A stretch of DNA of 64,000 nt from a virus: IMG/VR virus record IMGVR_UViG_3300036390_000001, positions 1 through 64,000 of that record. One strand, 5' to 3'. This document shows, piece after piece, positions 20,869 through 30,409 of this stretch (positions are counted from its first letter, which is position 1; every line of letters starts with the position of its first letter). The translations under genes and the position numbers were made by a program. The notes under the pieces were generated by a model. It made no database searches. It was given only the letters and a program-made list of their open reading frames with translations, and had not been told where the DNA came from.

Positions 20869-21244
20869 TACAGACTATAACAACCAAGGAACGTTAATTA
20901 TTTACATGGCAAAAGACGAAGATGAATGGCTGACAATCGATGGTAATCTGTTAGCAAACGGAAGGTGTACTCAGATACTCAAAGAGTCTTACGATTATCG
21001 CCGCATAGAAAAAAGGGAGGTAGAGATTGGAGAAAGACTTTTAACTGGTATTCGCTGTAAAAATGGTACCAGAACAATCCCAACTGATTGGGTTGTAACA
21101 TCAACCGAAACTTATGCGCCATCCTCCGACATTCCCGGCTTTAGAGAAGTAACAATTGCTTACTGCGAGCGCATTCCACTATCGTTAGAAGAGTTTAGAA
21201 GCGCGATTTACGACAGCGAGGCAACAGAGCATTATGAAGCTTGA
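20861..21244 (+). CDS. Hypothetical protein
   Basis: ORF coupled to its neighbours. Confidence 0.55.
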   Translation: MNNTDYNNQGTLIIYMAKDEDEWLTIDGNLLANGRCTQILKESYDYRRIEKREVEIGERLLTGIRCKNGTRTIPTDWVVTSTETYAPSSDIPGFREVTIAYCERIPLSLEEFRSAIYDSEATEHYEA

Positions 21245-21485
21245 AACCGCAAAAATCGGCTTTCACGGAACTATTGAGCAAGCCATCGACAGGATTAACG
21301 CAGAAAAGCAGTCCGGTAGATGGGAACTAGCTGGTTACGATATTTTTGAAAAAGCCAAGACTGTGGGAAGTGACAACACCTTCAAAGCCAAAGCGTTTGT
21401 CATGTGTTATTACAAGTCACATGACGGCGCCGCGCTTAATCTCACCTACGAGATTTGCGATTGGGATTTCGATGACGAAAAATAA
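21234..21485 (+). CDS. Hypothetical protein
   Basis: ORF coupled to the upstream gene. Confidence 0.5.
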   Translation: MKLETAKIGFHGTIEQAIDRINAEKQSGRWELAGYDIFEKAKTVGSDNTFKAKAFVMCYYKSHDGAALNLTYEICDWDFDDEK

Positions 21486-21840
21486 GGCGCGACCAGCGAG
21501 GAGTAAACAATCTCGTCATTCGCGCCAGACGTATTGCGAGCGCGACTTTTTGAGACTTATATTGATTGCATAAGGCGAAAGAGGACAAGGTTTTAACCTT
21601 GCTTTGAACTGAAAAAGCTGTCCCAATCAAGCAAGTTTAAGTACGTTGACCTTGTTGGAACAAGGCAGCAAGTAAGCGGAGTGCTGAATTAACAGCTAAT
21701 CCCAAGCCCCCTGGTAAGGGTAGCATCCCGCGAACCTGGGCGCGATAGAGAAATTGTACAGAGCCGTTTGCACCACATTGTGGGAGGTGCCGAAGTCCTT
21801 TTCTTCCAGGTTTTAATAAACAACTTAAGAGGATTTAATT

Positions 21841-22038
21841 ATGTTAGGCTCTGTTGCTTTTGGCGATAATTTGAACGAGTGGACTAAAGAAGAGCAAATT
21901 AAGTGGTATGACGAGTTGATGGAAGTGTTAGCTAAAAATGAAAACCCTGCGCCACCTTTGACAGATGAGGAATTTTTCGCAAGGCAAGATGCAATAATTG
22001 ATGAGTTAAACGCAGAATGCGGCTTTGACGAAACTTAA
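21841..22038 (+). CDS. Small acidic hypothetical protein
   Basis: GAGGA RBS. Confidence 0.55.
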   Translation: MLGSVAFGDNLNEWTKEEQIKWYDELMEVLAKNENPAPPLTDEEFFARQDAIIDELNAECGFDET

Positions 22039-22188
22039 TAGCTAGAATAGGATTGCGACGAACTGGAAATTTGCTTCATCCCTCGTGGGATAAGCCGAGG
22101 CGCCTGCTGACAACAAAATTAGCAGGCGCCTCGTTTTGGCTTGGACACCTTCGCATCCGAAGGTGGAGGCGCCAGGAATTATGAACAC

Positions 22189-22665
22189 ATGCCAAAAACA
22201 CTCACATTATCTCTTGATGCCTACAATGTACCCATCTCCGTATTCAGCGATGGCAATGGATACGAGCGCACGCTTGCGGATACAGGCGCCACCGAATACT
22301 CAATTTGGGGCACACCTTTAGACTCGGGACCATATTTTGAGCCAAAACACATTTGGACTATTTCGTGTTATTTGACAAAGCAGGAGTGGCTGACGTTGAA
22401 AGCTATTTTCGCGCTTAGTGATAAGAGGCGCCGCGCACAGCAAAATTACCGCATTACACTACACGACTATATTCAAGAATTTTTAGAGGACGGTGTACCA
22501 ACGCGCGGTATTGCGCCTGGTGGAAGCGCTTATACTGTTGGGAGTAGCAGCTATTATCCGGCGTCGTTTTATGCGCGGATGTTTGAGCCAAAATATAATT
22601 TACAAGCGGGACTGCGCCCTTACTTTACAAGTTTTGTATTGAGAGAATTAGATAAATTTGTATAA
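22189..22665 (+). CDS. Putative distal tail/virion protein
   Basis: Beta-rich ~158-aa ORF, the first structural-looking gene after the tape measure; start moved to ATG 22189. Confidence 0.5.
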   Translation: MPKTLTLSLDAYNVPISVFSDGNGYERTLADTGATEYSIWGTPLDSGPYFEPKHIWTISCYLTKQEWLTLKAIFALSDKRRRAQQNYRITLHDYIQEFLEDGVPTRGIAPGGSAYTVGSSSYYPASFYARMFEPKYNLQAGLRPYFTSFVLRELDKFV

Positions 22666-22685
22666 TACAAGTAGTATATTTAAAC

Positions 22686-22844
22686 GCGCACATGATGGAA
22701 GCTGCCTAGCCCTTAGATGGGTAATCACCTAACATTGTGGCTTCATGCCAGATGTTAGCTCTGTATAGGCAGATAGTAGACAAAGGGTGGAACCGGGAGT
22801 CGTCCGACTAGAACTCCGTCCTCGTGCAAGTCGAGGTGTGCGCT
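22686..22844 (+). ncRNA. tRNA-like structured RNA, copy A
   Basis: Acceptor-like stem GCGCACA/TGTGCGC; T-arm CCTCG-TGCAAGT-CGAGG; covaries with the copy at 62088. Confidence 0.8.
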
Positions 22845-23168
22845 TTATCTAACCATCCAATCGACACTAGCACTACTGGCGCCCAGCGGCATTGTACCGC
22901 TAACCCTATCACCAAGCTTGACCAGCCCGTTCGACACAGTACGCGCGCGCACCACACTACCGCTACTTAATTGAATAAGCGCTTCTCCAGTTTTGCTATC
23001 AAATCCCGCATAAGTCCCTGTAAACTCGCGCGATAAATCTGATTTTTCCTGCGCTTCTACAATCCGTTGGGTGTAAATTGCTCGACTAGTAAGCGCGCGT
23101 TTCTCTGCGAGGCAAGAGGCGCCGCGCGGACAATTATTGTCATTACATCGACCAAGTGGACAAATCAC
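22845..23168 (-). CDS. Tail-associated hypothetical protein
   Basis: Last gene of the minus-strand tail block; SNGL..G motif shared with the N-terminus of the upstream gene. Confidence 0.55.
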   Translation of the reverse strand: MICPLGRCNDNNCPRGASCLAEKRALTSRAIYTQRIVEAQEKSDLSREFTGTYAGFDSKTGEALIQLSSGSVVRARTVSNGLVKLGDRVSGTMPLGASSASVDWMVR

Positions 23169-24430
23169 AATATTTCAACCCAATCATATTTATTTATTTC
23201 ATTGGCAAGCTCAATCGAATCTTCATTGGCAAGCAAAAAATTAAATATAAGGTCATTGCGCCTATTTTCATCAAGCTTAAATAATGGCATTGCATAGGAT
23301 TTTCTTACTGAATCAATAAAGCGAAAATTCGCGCAAGCTACTAAAAATATCGGCATGTCTTCCAAAGCCAAATCTGTAAAAAAGCTGGGGCGAAGATGCA
23401 TCAATACCCTATTACTAGAAAAACTCGTAGCTGGAGGTAAGTAAGCGATGTTGCTATTTAGCGAATAGATTTCGTAAGTATTAATACATTGTATTATTCC
23501 ACCATTACTTAAATCAGGCGCGCTTGGAATCAAAAGCTTGCCGTCTTCGCTTATCCTTCCGGCGCCAACTATTTCAACGTTATATTGCCGCTGAAACCCC
23601 GACTCTTTATAAGCTTGAACCGCCATCCATATTAAAGCCGATTTACATTTTTTTATTTGCTCAACATTCTGTTGACTAAACAAATTTTCGCATTTCTCTC
23701 TTTTTAAATCATTAAGAGAAATATTTTTCATAAAATCAGTTACATCTACGGTCGGGCTATTTATCAGCGCGTTATCCACCCCAATGTTATTGTATCTAAA
23801 CACTGGTAAATTCAGCCTTTTAGATAAAAACCTAGGCTGACAAAAGCTGATGTATGGCTTTTTGTTTTCTGAATTCTTAAACTTTATTTCAAATTTATTA
23901 CCACTTTCCTGAATCTCGCCTGATATATTGGTGAAACACGGGATATGATTTTCTGTTTGATATAAAGAGCCAATAATTTCTTCTCTATCCACCAAAAGCG
24001 TAACTTGTCTAGATTTGCTTATTTCTTTAATATATCTCCCTACTCTTGAAAGTGAATATTTTTGACTCGACGCTGATTTTATGAGCAATTGAACCGCATC
24101 AAAATTTTCTTCAAAGCTCAATACTTCTGCTATTATCTTGTCGAATTGTTCAATCTGTTCAATTTGTTCTATCTCCACTCTGGGCATAAAATCTGCCACG
24201 CCACCACTGACAGATATTTCTCGCCCTGGCACAATCAATCCATTGCTAATAGGTTTTAATATCTTTATGCCATTTAGCTGATTAACAATAACTCCGCCAT
24301 CAACTTGAAAGCCTTGATATTGAGCAGCGCGCGGCGCCGTATCAAGCAACTTTTGCTGCTTAACGACGCGCTGAACTTGGCGAAATCTTCCTTCACTAAG
24401 GCGCTTACGGAGTAGCTCTTCGGGCGTCAT
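23165..24430 (-). CDS. Tail-associated protein with AT-rich variable C-terminus
   Basis: 421-aa ORF with ATGA coupling. Confidence 0.6.
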   Translation of the reverse strand: MTPEELLRKRLSEGRFRQVQRVVKQQKLLDTAPRAAQYQGFQVDGGVIVNQLNGIKILKPISNGLIVPGREISVSGGVADFMPRVEIEQIEQIEQFDKIIAEVLSFEENFDAVQLLIKSASSQKYSLSRVGRYIKEISKSRQVTLLVDREEIIGSLYQTENHIPCFTNISGEIQESGNKFEIKFKNSENKKPYISFCQPRFLSKRLNLPVFRYNNIGVDNALINSPTVDVTDFMKNISLNDLKREKCENLFSQQNVEQIKKCKSALIWMAVQAYKESGFQRQYNVEIVGAGRISEDGKLLIPSAPDLSNGGIIQCINTYEIYSLNSNIAYLPPATSFSSNRVLMHLRPSFFTDLALEDMPIFLVACANFRFIDSVRKSYAMPLFKLDENRRNDLIFNFLLANEDSIELANEINKYDWVEIL

Positions 24431-25161
24431 GTTCCGGCGCCGACACCAAAGCCGGCTGCATTGGCAATAAAGAAATTAAAGCTTCTTGGCGCATTTGCGG
24501 CGAGAGTTTCAATGCTGTCCTCTCTTCTATAACCAACGAGGCGCCCACGAGCGTATCTTAGTTGAAGCGATGAGCCTGCTGCGGATAAATCAAGCGCGAC
24601 TCGGTTCGGGTCGCCTGGTGGGAGCGCTGATATTTGAAACTCAGTTGAGCTGAGAGATGCGAACATATAATATATTACGCTTGCATCCAGTCCCGTTGGC
24701 GCTGTACCACTTATGCCAGGGGTAATCATTAGTTCTTCGTCCTGTGATAATCCATGCGCGTCGCTTGTTGTAAAAGTCGCTGGGGTTCCAGGCGTAATTA
24801 CTACAGGTTTGTTACTTTCAGCGCGCGAGTCAGCGATTAAAACTACGGAATTGTACTGTACCGCCTCCGGGTAAGAGACAGTCCAGGTCACAACGGGCAT
24901 TTGCCAGCGCTTGTTGGCGCCGTCGTAGATTGCCTCTGTCGCGAAGGGCGCGTTGAAACGGTTGTAATTATTTGTAGTCGTTTTTTCAATCTCGGCAGCA
25001 ATTACAGACGCTTTGCTGCTGACATCTGTAATGTTGCCGTTACATAACAAGGCATAGAAATTGGCGCGGTCGGGGAGAGTGCGCGGGGCGCTGGAACTAT
25101 TTGTAAAAATCGCTTCGATTTCGTATTCGAGCCAGCTTCTGAATTTTAGATTTGTTGGCAT
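24427..25161 (-). CDS. Tail/virion protein
   Basis: T...HGL....E.......P.GL....YY......T.FQ.S domain typical of phage tail proteins. Confidence 0.6.
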   Translation of the reverse strand: MPTNLKFRSWLEYEIEAIFTNSSSAPRTLPDRANFYALLCNGNITDVSSKASVIAAEIEKTTTNNYNRFNAPFATEAIYDGANKRWQMPVVTWTVSYPEAVQYNSVVLIADSRAESNKPVVITPGTPATFTTSDAHGLSQDEELMITPGISGTAPTGLDASVIYYMFASLSSTEFQISALPPGDPNRVALDLSAAGSSLQLRYARGRLVGYRREDSIETLAANAPRSFNFFIANAAGFGVGAGT

Positions 25162-25192
25162 ATTAATTTCAGATAAATTAACAAATTATACA

Positions 25193-25858
25193 TTACTGTG
25201 CGCGTAACCAAATTGCAGGCACGACACCAGCCGTTACAGAAACAAAAGATAGTGAATTTGGCAAAGGAGCATAAGCGACGTTAGCAGAAAAATGCATCCC
25301 AGTATTAGCGGTTAAATTAGAGCCTGCAACCGTCGCATTTCCAAACAGGAAATTCTTTTGTGTAGTGTCAAAAGCGAAAATTGTAGTATTCGCATTAACA
25401 TGTGAAGCTAGCCCATACCAACCAGGTGAAAGCAGAATTCCGCCGAAGAAAGAAAAAGTTTTTGCGCCTGTGGTACTTACGCTTATTTCGCCCTGTGTCA
25501 ATAATGAAAACTGACCAGGTGACCCCATTTTGTAAACACCCAAAGACATCAACGAACCGGCGACAGAAACATTAGCATTTAATTCAGAAAAACCAGAAGC
25601 CCTTGGACACCAAAAAGGGGTAACTGCTAAATTTCGAGTTCCGACAGTAAAGGCATACGTGGAACTCGTATCAGATGCGTAATGCGGTAAGTACAGGCGC
25701 CCGCTTATGAAGCCAGGGTGAGGTATGCCAACCGCTTCAGCAATTGAAGCGACCACAATTTTTTTTTGTTCGCTGACACCGGTATCCCAGACAGGGAAAA
25801 AATCGCTACTATCAACCCTTGATTTAACCAAAGTGTCGTTAATAGTTACATTTGTCAT
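25193..25858 (-). CDS. Tail fibre/receptor-binding-like protein
   Basis: Beta-rich; N-terminal D.FPV.D....KKI motif. Confidence 0.55.
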   Translation of the reverse strand: MTNVTINDTLVKSRVDSSDFFPVWDTGVSEQKKIVVASIAEAVGIPHPGFISGRLYLPHYASDTSSTYAFTVGTRNLAVTPFWCPRASGFSELNANVSVAGSLMSLGVYKMGSPGQFSLLTQGEISVSTTGAKTFSFFGGILLSPGWYGLASHVNANTTIFAFDTTQKNFLFGNATVAGSNLTANTGMHFSANVAYAPLPNSLSFVSVTAGVVPAIWLRAQ

Positions 25859-28800
25859 TTATGTTATCCTCCCTAAATACATTTGAAGCTTAAGTACGAT
25901 GTTTTCAAGTAACCTAATTTCTGAGGCGTTCAATCCTTTGCCAATCGACAAGAAAGAAATTAGTCCAGGTAAATATCTGGTATGTCCATCTAGGAAGCCG
26001 CCCGCAAAAACAGGCATCTCTCGATTAAGAGTTAAGCCTGCTGGCGTAAAATTTTGCGTCCTTTCTATTCCGATAAAACGGGCATATGCAATTCCAGACA
26101 AAGCAGAGCCACAAAGGAACCCAGGCTGCGAATAAAATTTCGCTATCGACACAAGCGCCGAATCCCCAACGGCAAAAGACAAGGAAGAAGAATTGCGAAG
26201 AAAAATCCTCTGTGTTCCTGTACTTGTAAGCCCAGTGTAGTAGCCGTCAACAGTCGAACCTCTTTCTATTTGCGGCGCCCAAGCCGAAATATGGAAATTG
26301 TTATCTGTCAGTCCATTACTAACAGGCAAAAAACCTGTGCCTAACCTTTTGTTTAATCCATTCCCCCTTAACCCAGAAAATCTTGTGTAATCAGATTCTA
26401 CAAAATTAAAATTAGTCAGCAAATTTTGAGAAGTAGAAGTTTTTAGCTTCACCCGCGCGCTTGCCAAATTGTTACCAGCAAAAGGATAAATCTCTAAGCA
26501 TCTATTCCAAAGATTAGCTGCTTTCATTTCTTGAATAAAAGCATTGATTCCAATCAAATCGCCGCGCGCAATACTTCCACCATTGGCAATGATATTTTGC
26601 TGATAAAATATTGACTCCCACTCAAGCGCCAAGTGCTTCATGTCAGGCATGAAAGCCGTCCATCGCGCGCCGTTACTACTTACTAAAAGCGCATCGCCAG
26701 CATGAGTCACTAATTCAGAATTGTATGTTTCGCTATCTATCCCAGACATTGAGCCTAATTCAATATCAATGCGAGGTGCCTGCTCAACGTCGAACCCGGA
26801 GACGGCGCCCAAATCAACCGAAGCATCAAAGCTATCAACATCAATTTTTAATTCTTGGAAAGAACCAAGCTGAACATTGAAGAAACCTGGGATGTCGGCA
26901 TTGAACCCTGAGCTAGATTCAAGCTCAACAACGACATCAAAATTATTAATTCCAATATCAACACTAGAAGCGGACTGTAGGTTTATATAAAATTCCGGCG
27001 CCTGCTCAATTTCAAATCCGGAAACACTACCAAGCTCAACAACAATATCAAAATCATCAACATTAACATCAACACCAGAAGTTGAACCTAATTGGATGCC
27101 TTCTGCCGCTAAAACAAATATCCCAGAGGCGCTGTTAAGCGAAATGTTTATTGGAGTTGTTAATGCAAAGCCGGAAGTTGAGCCAAGTTGAACATCACAA
27201 ATATCGGCATCTGTTAGCATCAAGAAGCTAGAAACAGAGCCTAACTCAATATCAAAAATATCGGCTTCTGTTAATATCCCAAAACCAGACTGACTAAAAA
27301 AACCTGCCTCAACAAAACTCAACTCAATCGAATAAGGAAACGCCTCGGATTCTAGTATCGATAACGAATCAAGTTCGACATCAAACACTTGAGAATAAGG
27401 TGGCACTAAATAATCGTACTGCTGCTCAGGCGCAATCCCCGCAGGCACCGAACCACACCAAATCCCATCAAAAGCCAGTGCCAATCGATTATTTACAAAA
27501 GCAATACTCAACCCATCGACCATAAACAAATACGAGGCACCGCTTAAATCCTTCCACCAACAACCAACCAAAGGCGCCGCATTAAACCACTCATCGCCAA
27601 CTGCGATACTACAACTTTGTCCTTTATGGCGCCCCCACAAAATGGCGCCTTCAATCAGCCCTAACTCGCGCGCTTGTTGTTCGGAAGTTAACAACCCGCC
27701 ATCAATTACTATTTCTTTCTCGCGCGGGCGGAATTGAGGATTGCCAAATAGAGCGGGCAAGCGTACTTCAACTTTTATCTGCTTTTCGATTACTTCATGC
27801 GTTGGTGGGAAGCGCTCAGGCGCCGGAGGGGTCGCTTGTCCGCTGTTGCTAACAATGGTGCGCGCGCTTCGCTCAACTAAAACTAATTTACTCGCCAAAC
27901 TAATAACAACATTAGAATCAGTTGGTTCAACCAAAGAAGGGCTAACTATAGCCAAGCATTCAAAATTCGTTTCTTTGAATTCCCACTCCTCTTTGCGCTT
28001 CTCTCTCCACTGTTGCCGTTGGCGCTTTGCAGGGTAATGCGTCAGCGGGAAATTAGCATAGCTTTCGTTGGGTAAAATCTGCCCAACTGGGCGCGTTGTT
28101 TCGTTTACTATGCGCGGGATAATCGTTATTTTCTTAGTATCTTTATCCTCTTTCTGCTCGTAGCTGTAATCAATAATATTTGCTTCATCCAACCAAAAAA
28201 CAAGCCCGCCACCAATATCTGAAGGTTCAATTCCTTTCTCTTCAAGATAATCTCGAAGCACAACCACGAACGGGCGATAAATCTCAATTCCGTGCCTGCT
28301 CAATTTACCTTCGTCCGGTTCTTGGCAATTGTCCAGGGTGGCGCCTTGCGTTACTGTTCCAGTGTCAGTGGTTCCGGGAAGCTCATAATCTTTAATTTCT
28401 AATTTGTACGAAGAGTCCCAAAGCTGAGTATCTCCCTTCTTTCCTCTAGGGTCAATTATTCCAAGCGGTTCCTCTATAAAAGTTTCTATTTTTATTTGTC
28501 GGCTGAAGCGCTCAATTTTCTCAATAGTCTTAGTCCTGCGAAGTAATATCACGCTTAGACTATTACTTTCAGGATTTACAGCAGAAACCGGGCCATATTC
28601 CTCTTCTATTGTTACGGTTGGCTCAACTTCTTTTTTAGTTGACAATACGCCCGACACTTTTATCAATTCAACCGGAGATTCGGCGCCTGCCAACCGCTCA
28701 TAGCGCGCGTCGTCAATACCAACCTGCAAAGATTTAATTGCAGCAGGCGCCTTGCTGACTTTGCGAGTGCGTATCATCCCTAAATTATCTTGATACGCTA

Positions 28801-29461
28801 CGAAGCAATTCACCCAGCACAACTTACCAAATAGCTGAATGTAGGATTCATTGCTAAGTTTAGGTAACGGCACTCTTAAAGGCGCGCCGTTTAAACTACC
28901 TGCCCATTTACCAGAGGCGCCTGCCTTATTGAGTAACTTGACCGCAATTTCATTTAATCCAACACTTTCACCCAAATCAAAACAGGCGCCATCACCTGCG
29001 GGAGTGCGGAAGTTTAATAAGTTTAAAATGCATCCAGCCTCTATTTTTAGCTGGGATATCCCATCAAATTCTGCTTTCAATATATATAGATATCCGAGAA
29101 CAGGCGCCGATTGAAGAGGGACAAGGGAGGCAGGAAGGTTGGCGGACAAGGAAGAATTTTCTGCCTTGTCTTCTTGTCCTCCTGTCTTCCTAGTCTCTCC
29201 CAATGGCGCCGCCACTAATTCACTCGAAAAATTAGCTATATATAGATTAATTAAATTGCCACGCGCCCACCTAGGGTTACTGCGGTCGTCTAAATTCTCG
29301 GTAAAATCAAGCGCGCGCCCTAGCACAAAAGACGCATTTATTAATATCAACCCTGTGCTGTCGTAGTGAGAAAATCCCCCATCAACGCTTTTTAACGCCT
29401 TGGTACAATCCAAGCCGTTTACCACTAATTGATAATTGCGCGCGCTGATATTTACAGCCAT
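25859..29461 (-). CDS. Large tail tip/hub protein
   Basis: ~1200 aa with acidic (I/V)ELGS.SG(F) repeats; start moved to ATG 29461. Confidence 0.65.
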   Translation of the reverse strand: MAVNISARNYQLVVNGLDCTKALKSVDGGFSHYDSTGLILINASFVLGRALDFTENLDDRSNPRWARGNLINLYIANFSSELVAAPLGETRKTGGQEDKAENSSLSANLPASLVPLQSAPVLGYLYILKAEFDGISQLKIEAGCILNLLNFRTPAGDGACFDLGESVGLNEIAVKLLNKAGASGKWAGSLNGAPLRVPLPKLSNESYIQLFGKLCWVNCFVAYQDNLGMIRTRKVSKAPAAIKSLQVGIDDARYERLAGAESPVELIKVSGVLSTKKEVEPTVTIEEEYGPVSAVNPESNSLSVILLRRTKTIEKIERFSRQIKIETFIEEPLGIIDPRGKKGDTQLWDSSYKLEIKDYELPGTTDTGTVTQGATLDNCQEPDEGKLSRHGIEIYRPFVVVLRDYLEEKGIEPSDIGGGLVFWLDEANIIDYSYEQKEDKDTKKITIIPRIVNETTRPVGQILPNESYANFPLTHYPAKRQRQQWREKRKEEWEFKETNFECLAIVSPSLVEPTDSNVVISLASKLVLVERSARTIVSNSGQATPPAPERFPPTHEVIEKQIKVEVRLPALFGNPQFRPREKEIVIDGGLLTSEQQARELGLIEGAILWGRHKGQSCSIAVGDEWFNAAPLVGCWWKDLSGASYLFMVDGLSIAFVNNRLALAFDGIWCGSVPAGIAPEQQYDYLVPPYSQVFDVELDSLSILESEAFPYSIELSFVEAGFFSQSGFGILTEADIFDIELGSVSSFLMLTDADICDVQLGSTSGFALTTPINISLNSASGIFVLAAEGIQLGSTSGVDVNVDDFDIVVELGSVSGFEIEQAPEFYINLQSASSVDIGINNFDVVVELESSSGFNADIPGFFNVQLGSFQELKIDVDSFDASVDLGAVSGFDVEQAPRIDIELGSMSGIDSETYNSELVTHAGDALLVSSNGARWTAFMPDMKHLALEWESIFYQQNIIANGGSIARGDLIGINAFIQEMKAANLWNRCLEIYPFAGNNLASARVKLKTSTSQNLLTNFNFVESDYTRFSGLRGNGLNKRLGTGFLPVSNGLTDNNFHISAWAPQIERGSTVDGYYTGLTSTGTQRIFLRNSSSLSFAVGDSALVSIAKFYSQPGFLCGSALSGIAYARFIGIERTQNFTPAGLTLNREMPVFAGGFLDGHTRYLPGLISFLSIGKGLNASEIRLLENIVLKLQMYLGRIT
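29103..29210. mobile_element. Miniature repeat element inserted in frame between two GGCGCC sites
   Basis: GGCGCC sites 102 bp apart; core nearly identical (reverse complement) to 46737-46770. Confidence 0.7.
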
Positions 29462-29512
29462 TCGTCCATTGGGAATTACAAACATTGTCGTGATGACAAA
29501 TAACTATACCTC

Positions 29513-30235
29513 ATGGATGACATTTTAGATACACCAAAGCAGTATTCCGAAGAAGAAATTCAAAAAATACTAAATACTGCCAAGGCAACGCGCAAGGAAA
29601 GAGACGAAGTAGCAAATAAAGCCAAGGAGCTAGAAAGCAAAGTTTCAGAGCTTTCTAAAAACCTCGAACAAATCAAAGGTATTGACCCAGCAAAATTCAA
29701 AGAATACGAACAGCTTGCTGCTAGCTACGAAGAGCGCAAGCTTGAAGAACAAAGAAACTTTGAAGAATTAAAGCAGCGCTGGACGGGCGAAAGAACTTCG
29801 TTCACTCAACAGATTCAAGAGCTACAATCGCAACTTCAAAATACCCAAGTTGTTAATGCTTTAGAAAAAGCTTTTTATAGCTGTGGTGGACGCGCGGGTA
29901 AAGATGAAGATGGCTATAGCTACTTCGATTTAATTCAAGAGCGCGCTAAAAATTATGTGCAATTAGATGAAAAAGGGCGCCTTGTGGTCTTAGACCCGCG
30001 CGATAAAACACCAATGCGCGACCCCAAAGGCAACCCCTACAGCGTTGAAGACTTGATGCTCAAGCTTCGCGCTGGTGGACCAACCGCTGCATTATTTGAA
30101 AGTGATAAAGGCGCCGGAGGTGGTATGCAGCGAAGCGCTCAGTACAACTCAGTAAATGCGACGCGCGAATCTTTGATGCAAATGGGCAACCGCGCGGAGA
30201 GATTAGCTAAAGCGCGCGAGCTTGGCATTCAATAA
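29513..30235 (+). CDS. Capsid scaffolding protein
   Basis: Coiled coil, GIDP.K, LF....GAGGG; directly before the capsid gene. Confidence 0.8.
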   Translation: MDDILDTPKQYSEEEIQKILNTAKATRKERDEVANKAKELESKVSELSKNLEQIKGIDPAKFKEYEQLAASYEERKLEEQRNFEELKQRWTGERTSFTQQIQELQSQLQNTQVVNALEKAFYSCGGRAGKDEDGYSYFDLIQERAKNYVQLDEKGRLVVLDPRDKTPMRDPKGNPYSVEDLMLKLRAGGPTAALFESDKGAGGGMQRSAQYNSVNATRESLMQMGNRAERLAKARELGIQ

Positions 30236-30409
30236 AACCTTCGGATACGAAGGTCATGGGAATAAAGAAAAAGAAAGAAGGTAAAGTGTCCAAAAATTAC
30301 TGCACTTTTACCTTCTTTCATTTTTTAAAAATCGCACCAACCAGTGTGACGCTGGTTTGAATAGGCGTGATGCCAGAGCGATGTAAAAACTACAACATCG
30401 TAAACAATC

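Noticed and set aside
21565-21810. Group I intron
   Set aside because: Only vague resemblance (CTAATCCCAAGCC, AGTCC); no convincing P7 pairing and no interrupted gene
22141-22188. N-terminal extension MDTFASEGG... of the ORF ending at 22665
   Set aside because: The TTG start runs through the palindrome and promoter-like region; ATG 22189 is more plausible
22686-22844. Canonical or intron-containing tRNA gene
   Set aside because: No 5-bp/7-nt anticodon arm; the insert is in the D-loop and far too short for a group I/II intron
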